Source of the DNA: Octopus vulgaris
Lineage: Eukaryota
Direction: 5' to 3'
DNA: 64,000 nucleotides
NCBI GenBank assembly: GCA_951406725.2
Contig: OX597815.1
Span: 33,232,001 to 33,296,000 of the forward strand
In this document: positions 56,288 through 64,000 of the stretch, piece by piece
How positions within the stretch are numbered: position 1 is the stretch's first letter
Layout: every line of letters starts with the position of its first letter
Notes under the pieces: model-generated
The model's database searches: none
Seen by the model: only the letters and a program-made list of their open reading frames with translations
What the model was told of the DNA's origin: nothing
Position numbers and translations under genes: made by a program

Positions 56288-58375
56288 TAGTATATTTTTT
56301 ATATCGTGCTTTCACTTCACTACCGAGCGCAGCTCTGTGTGCTTTGGGTATGTGCTGTGATTTGTTGTGATGCTCTGATTGTTATTGTATGGAGAGTGTT
56401 CTGCGTAGGATGTGTGCAGTGCCTAGTAGTGCAATTTTCTGTACGTTATATGTGTTTGTAAGTCCTGGTGTTTTTGTTATGTATTTGTCTGAATATTTTT
56501 TTATCATGCCTAATGCACCTATTATGATAGGAATTCTTTCTGCTTTTAGATTCCACATTCTGGTTACCTCTATTTCCAGGTCTTTGTATTTTGAAAGTTT
56601 CTCCATTTCTTTTAGAGACACGTTGTCATCCGCTGGTATTGATACATCAATTTGAAAACATTTTTTTCCTTCATGATCTCTGACAACTATATCTGGTCTG
56701 TTGGCCTTAATTTCTCTGTCTGTGTGTATTGGCATATCCCAGAGTATGGTTGCTTTCTCGTTTTCTGAGACCTTTTCTGGTGTGTGCCTATACCATCTTT
56801 TTTCTGTTGTTATTCCATAATGTTGGCATAGTTTCCAGTGTATATAGTTCCCAACTCTGTCGTGTCTGTGAATATATTCCTTCTTAGCCAGGACTGGGCA
56901 GCCAGAGATAATATTATTTATTGTTTCTTGTCCATCTCCACATATTCTGCTGTTACTTGTTATATTTCTTTTCATTACATGTTTTTGGTAATTTCTGGTG
57001 GGGAGGCTTTGGTCTTATGCTGCAATTAAAAATCCTTCTGTCTCTGCTTTGAGTCCTGAGCTTCTCAACCATTGTTGGGATTTTTCTTTGTCTATTTCTT
57101 TTGCATTTAGTTTAGTCCAGTATTTGCCATGAAGGGGCTTTTCTTGCCATCGTTTTATCATGGTTCGTTGCTGTTCTATTTTTAGTTTGGATTTCATTTG
57201 TTTTATAGCTTTTGTTGTTTCTTCATCTTCTTCTTCTTCATATTTGTTAGGTGGTATGATTTCTTGTTTGTATTTGTCAGCTTCCTTAAATACTGAGAAC
57301 AGTTTGTTTTGCTCGTGTTTTGCCGCTATTTGTATCAGTTTTCCTTCCTTCTGTAGTAGATATTTTTGCAGTCCTATGGTGGTTATTTTATAGTAGTTTT
57401 CCAGCTGTATAAGGCCTCTACCACCTTCTATACGTTGTATATATAGTCTTTCTATGTCAGATTTTGGGTGATGCATCCTAGATCCTGTCATTATTTTTCT
57501 TGTTTTCCTTAGCATTGAGCTCTGTTTTCAGTATTGATCTAACTCTTCTATAATATTCTTTTTTTATTTTCTCTTTCATTTGTGAGTGTTGTGTCTTATC
57601 TAGTTCATGGATTCCTAAGTATTTGTAAGTTTGGCTTTGGTCTAATTTTTTTATTTCATTGTTTTTTTCTAGTGTGATGTTGCTACTCTTAACTAGTTTT
57701 CCTCTTTTCAGGGTTACTTTGGCGCATTTTTCTAATCAAAATTTCATATCTATTTCTTTGGTAAATCCATGAACTGTCTTTAATAGTGTTTCCAGCTGTT
57801 TGTCATTTGCAGCGTATAGTTTTAGGTCATCCATATATAAAAGGTGGCTGATCGTTTTGCCGTAACATTTATATCCGCATCCAGTTCTATTTAGCATATC
57901 AGATAGAGGTGACAGTGCCAAGCAGAAAAGGAGTGGAGAGAGCGTATCTCCCTGGAATATTCCTCTTCTAATGGGGGTGGCTTTGGTTTTCATGAGTCCC
58001 TCTTTTGTTTGGAGCTGTAGCACTGTTTGCCATTTATTCATAGAATGTCCTATGAATTTTATAGTTGTTGGTGCAACTTTGTTAATGGCTAGTGTTTCAA
58101 GGATCCATGTGTGGGGGATGCTATCAAACGCCTTTTTGTAGTCGATCCAGGCCATACTGAGGCCTTTCTTCTTTCTGTGGCTGTCTTCAGTTATGGCTTT
58201 ATTAATCATTAGTTGATCTTTACAGCCATATGAGCCTTTGCGGCATCCTTTCTGCTCTTCTGGAAACAGGTTGTTTTCGTCCAGGTGATTGTTCAATCTT
58301 TTTATCCAGGTGCTTGTCCAATCTTTTCCTCCAGGTGCTTGTTCAATGTTTTCGTCCAGGTGCTTGTTCAATCCT
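56284..58375 (-). mobile_element. R4/Dong-clade non-LTR retrotransposon, copy B (RT, zinc knuckle, RLE endonuclease, 3' end) in (TAA)n
   Basis: RT motifs; RICGDGQETINNIISGC..HRHD; ANRPDIV..IDVSIP..EKLSKYKDL; (TAA)n on both sides. Confidence 0.92.
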
Positions 58376-58394
58376 TTTATTATTATTATTATTA

Positions 58395-58563
<169 letters not shown>

Positions 58564-58570
58564 ATTATTA

Positions 58571-58800
58571 TTCGGGTCACTGTCTGGAATTGAACTCGGA
58601 ATCTTGGGGTTAGTAACCCGCGCTCTTAACCACTATGCCTTTTGCCTGTAGGCATATGGCGTAGTGGTTCGAAATTTCCCCAAGACTCCTGATGAAGGCT
58701 GGGGGGTATATCAGCCGAAACGTTGTGTTAACAACAAACAAGATGAGGACAAATATCCGTCAAATGAAAATAATGTATATAATTCCTCATCTGTTAAATA
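58571..58800. mobile_element. tRNA head of the split SINE (58571-58646, minus) followed by an inverted, internally deleted copy with HHR (58651-58800, plus)
   Basis: rc GGCATAGTGGTTAAGAGCGCGG..GAGTTCAATTCC; plus strand GGCATATGGCGTAGTGGTT fused to CGAAATTTCCCC. Confidence 0.75.
58684..58729 (+). ncRNA. Minimal type I hammerhead ribozyme
   Basis: GACTC-CTGATGA-AGGCTG..CAGCC-GAAAC-GTT-GTGTT with palindromic AACGTT in place of stem III. Confidence 0.72.
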
Positions 58801-58835
58801 TGTATGTATAGGTATGTATATATATATATATATAT

Positions 58836-59295
58836 ATATTAAATTTCTAAATATCTCAGAGAAATATAAGCACTGGTGGTACAATGGAGCAGTTGTATAC
58901 TGTCAACTTAACGTGATAGTCCCATAAAGGGAGTCACATCACCGCTATTTAGCCCTAGGAAGCATCAACGCTTCCTGTCGGCCTTAACACATTTCCTGTG
59001 TCCTTATGTTTACAAGGAGGAGATAAACACCCCCATCCAGCTAAGCCTGCATCCAGAGACATGTTTCTGAGTCGTTCTCGTCATCAGTCTGGAGTAGCAT
59101 GGCTTGCTAGCTGCAGATGTCTGTCCAGACCTTGTAAACATATATAATAATTACAGTGAAATAAATCCACTGATCACAAAAAATAGAAATATTAAATTTC
59201 TAAATATCTCAGAGAGATATAAGCAGTGGCCGTACGATAGAGCAGTTGTATACTGTCAATTTAACGTGACAGAAATATTAAATTTCTAAATATCT
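58836..59295 (-). mobile_element. ~350-bp unit with terminal direct repeats and HHR (59052-59093)
   Basis: 58836-58918 repeated at 59188-59270; rc TCCAGA-CTGATGA-CGAG AACGA CTCA-GAAAC-AT-GTC-TCTGGA. Confidence 0.7.
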
Positions 59296-59699
59296 GCAGC
59301 TATTTGTGGGGGAGAAAGACAAATAAAAGCAATGGGGAGGAAAACAGACAGAGAGAAAGGTTTCAGGGCAATCAAGGAAGAGGAGAAAAAATCATAAAGG
59401 ATGGGGAAAGGATAGATAGATAGCGAGAGAGGTTAGTTTCTTATTATAAAGCATTGTTCTATTTTTTCTCCTTTATTCTTTTTCCATTGTATACCTATCA
59501 ACATATTTGTAAATAAACACATTCTCTCACAAAGGCTGGTTACCTTTCAATGATGTCAATTTTAGGAAATAGGAAAAAAATATGCGGCCATCACTGAAAA
59601 ATAAAAAGAATTCAAAGTTTAAAGTCCCATGAAAATGTATGTTCCTTTATGCTTGTATAGTCAAGTCCTGTATTCTATGTAATTCCATGTTTTGCATGG

Positions 59700-62620
59700 A
59701 CAAACATTAAATATTAGTACAATATTCATAAATTAGGAAAATAAGGGCGGAATATAAAAATATGATTTGGTACTGTTTATAATTCAATTTATTCTCTATG
59801 TACATATTCCCATGCTGTATGGGATGTTCTTTTTGATGTGTGAGGGATGGCAAGAGTAGAAATTCTAATATCGGTGCGTGTCTGGGTTTTTTTCTCTTTT
59901 TTTTATAAAATACATATTTAGTGACTATGGAATTGTGTATTTATTTGTGAATATCCAGCAATTGTATTTCATTGCTACTGGATTCTGTCGGGAATTTGAT
60001 GGCTGGATGGATGAAGTATGTTGAGTATATTATTAGATATTTGTAGGTCCTCATTTGATTTGTCCCAAAAGATAAAGCGCAGTCATCGAGGATAAAAAGC
60101 TTCCTCTGCTACCTCATAAAACTTTTCCAAGTATCCAATGACTAGGTATGACTAGGTTAGCATTTGAGGGTGAAAACTGCGTTCCCATAGCTGTACCTTT
60201 TATTTGTCACCATGTTTTATTATCGAATCTAAAGGTATTTTCTTCTAGTACCAGGTGTGGGGCCTTAATGAAGATGTCAGTTTTGAATCGTTCATTTATC
60301 CGTCCTCTATGTTTCTCTACCTAGTGTTTGACTGCTTCCAGGCCCAAAGTGTGGGATATATTGGCAGAAAGATTGGTGACATCAAAGCTTGTAAGTATAG
60401 TACCTTCTGGGACAGTGGGTGGAATGTTCTGGTGGAAATCTATGCCGTCCCGCATATAGCTGGGTATTAATGGGCATAAAAATTTCAGGAGTATGCCGAA
60501 AATGACTCATTTGTTGTATTGGTTCTTGAGGTACAGCAACTATTGGTCTCAGTTTGATGTCAGTAGGTCTTAGTATTTTTATGTATTGGTTCCTCTGATC
60601 ATTTATGGCTGCTCTGTATGTCGAAGTTTTGTGGATTTTGGGTAATACGTAGAAGTTTCTCTCTTTTGTTACAGAGTTGCATAAATAATCTTTCTTCTTG
60701 TCTGTGAAAGAATCTTGGTATTCATTAATTAGTGTTTTAAGTTTATTCCTTATTGGTTTTTCCGGGTGTCTTGGTTATTCCTTGTAGCAGGTTTGGTTTG
60801 TTAGAATTTCCAATATTTATCTTTATCCATGATTACTATCGCCCCTTCCTTATCGGCTTCTTTTACAATGATTGAATTTTCATTCTTCAGTGTTAGTAAG
60901 GTTACTTTTCTTCTTCACGAAGGTTTTCTTTTTTTGCATATATTGGTACTTTAGAGAAATTTCGAAATTGTGTCTATGTATGCGTCTAAATGTTTCTCAT
61001 TCTTCTTGTAGGGGGTGAAGTGGGATTTATTTCTGACAATTGATTCGTCAGTTATATCCTTATTGCCGAAGAATTCTATAAGTCAGAGGTGGCGGTTAAA
61101 ATGCTCAATGTCAGATTTTAGTTCAATGAGATTGGGGATGGGTGTTGGGATAAATTTGAAACCTTTACATAGGAGATTCATCCCATTCTTTTTGAGGTTT
61201 CTATTTGACAAATTAATGATCCTAGGTCTATATGTTCTATGTATCCATTAAAATTTTCTGTTGCATCGGATCTGGTGCGTGATTGTGGTATTTTATCCCT
61301 AAAAAAGGAATTGTATTATTGTGTTTCCATTTTTTGTTGTTTCCATGATTCTGGTTCCCTCGTAGGTGAGGGGATGGTTCATGTTCTTTGTACGTATTTC
61401 ATTGTCTATAGTTTCTGTCTTCTTCCCATCTTCTAAGTTTAGTGGGCCATTCAGGACGTGTGGAATTGTTGGTCGTAAATCGTGGGTTTCTTCAGTTTCC
61501 ATGATGATTATTCATATTATGGTTTCTGTGTTGTCCGTATTTTACTTGTCTTTCTTTTTGTGTATGCATCCATCTAGGGTACTTGGTATTATGTGTTGGT
61601 GGTTGTCTGCATGTTACTCATCTTTCCTTTCTTTTCCTCATGTATTCGTCTATCTTGGGTCTTTGATATTATGGGTTGGTGGTTGTCTCCTATATCACAT
61701 GTGTTTGTTTGTTTCAGTGTTGTTTTGGTATTGCAGAATATAGGTTTCTAGTCTGTACTTGGGATAAGCTGGAGGTCATCTCCGCATATGTTCTTGGATA
61801 ACTAGAGGTTCGTAACCTCAATCTGGTTCCTCTGAGGTCGGTGTCTATGCTTGTTTTTGATTTCCTTGTATTTTTGTTGTTGTGCTTTCGTTTTCATAAT
61901 GAATTTTTCTCCATAGTTTTTTTATATATAGTTAGTGAACTACTCTTGTTGTTTTTCCCACTTTTTATGGATTTTTCTTCTCCCAGCTTAATGCCTTCTT
62001 TCCATAGTTGTAATTTCTCATGACTTCGATTGTCACTTCATTAGGTAACTTTAGCAAACATAACTGCATCGTTTTTACTTTCTCTTCGTGTCATATTTTT
62101 CGCGATTGGAGAAGAGAAATGTCCGTTTCCAGTCGGCATAAAGCTAAGTTTGCACGTATCGTCGCTTGTTTCAGTGATTCACCTCTAATTTCTTTAATAA
62201 GAAAATTTCTGGGAAGGATTGGGTTTTCTTTTCTACGCCAATTTTGGTAGGTGTTGGCTATATTGTCACACCGAATGCTTTTCTAATTTGCATTTTTACT
62301 TTGATCTAGAAGTATGTTCCAGAGTTGTAGTTTCAAAAGATTTTGCTGTTGTATACCAATTCTTGCTTCTTTCTCGTAAGTATTTCTTTTAGATAGGCAT
62401 GGTTCATGAGTAGGGTCTGTGTCGTTCGTTCCTGTTGTTAGAGTACCTTGTGTATGAGTACTAGTCATAGTTTTATCTGTAGTGATGAAAACTGTGTCAA
62501 GTTTTGAGATAAGTAGATTCAACTTACTAGATATTTCTGCGGGGAATTCTTCCGTGCTTTTGGTATCTCTCGGTTGTGAGTTTGATTCTGATCCATTCAT
62601 TCTGACGTATTGTACATCCA
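59700..62620 (-). mobile_element. Heavily decayed Neptune-type PLE (upstream ORF region plus RT)
   Basis: rc IINLSNRNL..LLCKGFKFIPTP, IIVKEADKEGAIVIMD, GTAMGTQFSPSNANL, LDDC; upstream IRCDNIANTYQNW..PILPRKF. Confidence 0.78.
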
Positions 62621-63138
62621 AATAGATAAGTATAGAGTATTTGAAGTGGTGTACAAAAGATTACATTTGTGCCCATTATTTCAATGAGCTTGTTAAACTT
62701 TTTTATATTCTCAACATGCTCTTGTCACCAAAGAATGTATATTTATATGGATTGTAGTACTCTGTGTCAACCAATATTCTGTGCATGTTTGAATATACTG
62801 ATACAATACCAATACCAATATCAATTCCTTCTGGAAACTATCTTAAGCATGTCCTGAGAATGATTATTTATGAAGTAATCTTTTGTGCCTAATATTTTAA
62901 GAAACTTGTTGAACTTTTTTATGTCCTTAACATGTCCCTGTTACCAAAGACTGTATATATGTAATGTAGCAATTTGTAACAGCCAATAATTAACGCAACC
63001 AAATTTCTACATGTTAATTTTGACAATCTTTTTCCAAAGAGTGAAACCGGTAAAGTAAATAAACATATTTTAAATTGCATTTTCAAACCTTCTTTCGTAT
63101 ATAATTCCACTCGTGCGGTACCCTACAACTCCACTTTG

Positions 63139-63225
<87 letters not shown>

Positions 63226-63257
63226 CTATCTATCTATCTAGCCATCTATCTATCTAC

Positions 63258-63310
<53 letters not shown>

Positions 63311-63650
63311 AATCTATCTATACTTTTCCCCATCCTTTATTATTATTTTGTCTCTTTCTTGATTGTCCTGAAACCTTTCTCTCTGTCTATTTCCCTCCCT
63401 CTTTGCTTTTATTTGTCTCTCTCTTCCTGTTTCCAAACAAAAATACAAAAACAATATTCTCTCCTTCTAAACAAAGCAAAGAAGCATCCGATTCATATAA
63501 TTGAACAAACGAAACGTTCTATTTTTACCATTTTGATTTTGATTTTATCTTGACGAGTTCGAAAAACGAACGAAAGCGCTTATAAAGAATTTTCTAAAAT
63601 TCTTACAGACTCCCTTTTCTCAATATACAATATCTGTACGCCACTTCAAA

Positions 63651-63783
<133 letters not shown>

Positions 63784-64000
63784 CCCTCAAATTTGAGTAT
63801 ATATTCCGGTTGTGAAAAATAATTAAGTTGCTCTATGGCTATGAAAGATGGACAGCACATCATCAAATATATCGTCTAGCAAAAAGGTCTAATTGATACT
63901 GACTGTAAAATATTATGACAATGCCGCAAGTAACGGTATACTGGCAATAAAAAAAAGTTATTGAGAATCCAAACTGTCGTTGAAAAACATCACATCCAAT

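Noticed and set aside
58270-58375. Short spaced repeats resembling a CRISPR array
   Set aside because: Degenerate reiteration of the R4 5' junction in eukaryotic DNA, with no unique spacers and no cas genes

Overview
Eukaryotic, AT-rich, microsatellite-dense DNA with no recognisable host gene. The tRNA-derived SINE families resemble those of octopus/cephalopod genomes (inference). The window is almost entirely mobile DNA: four decayed Penelope-like retroelements (PLEs; RT and/or GIY-YIG), two CR1-type LINEs, a duplicated R4/Dong-type element sitting in (TAA)n, two ORF1/gag-only elements, a Tc1/mariner fragment, Helitron-like elements and many SINEs. Most six-frame ORFs are microsatellite read-through. 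The main signal not shown by the ORF track is about 20 type-I hammerhead ribozyme (HHR) motifs, intact or degenerate, found by eye and belonging to about a dozen unrelated short repeat families. Many lie in tandem or fold-back (inverted) arrangements next to (TA)n. The best examples are a 491-bp retrozyme-like unit with a canonical HHR in 3 copies (7652-9013) and a tRNA-headed, (TAA)n-containing SINE carrying an HHR, into which the R4/Dong element inserted. All structures are read by eye, element boundaries are approximate, and no folding or database search was run.
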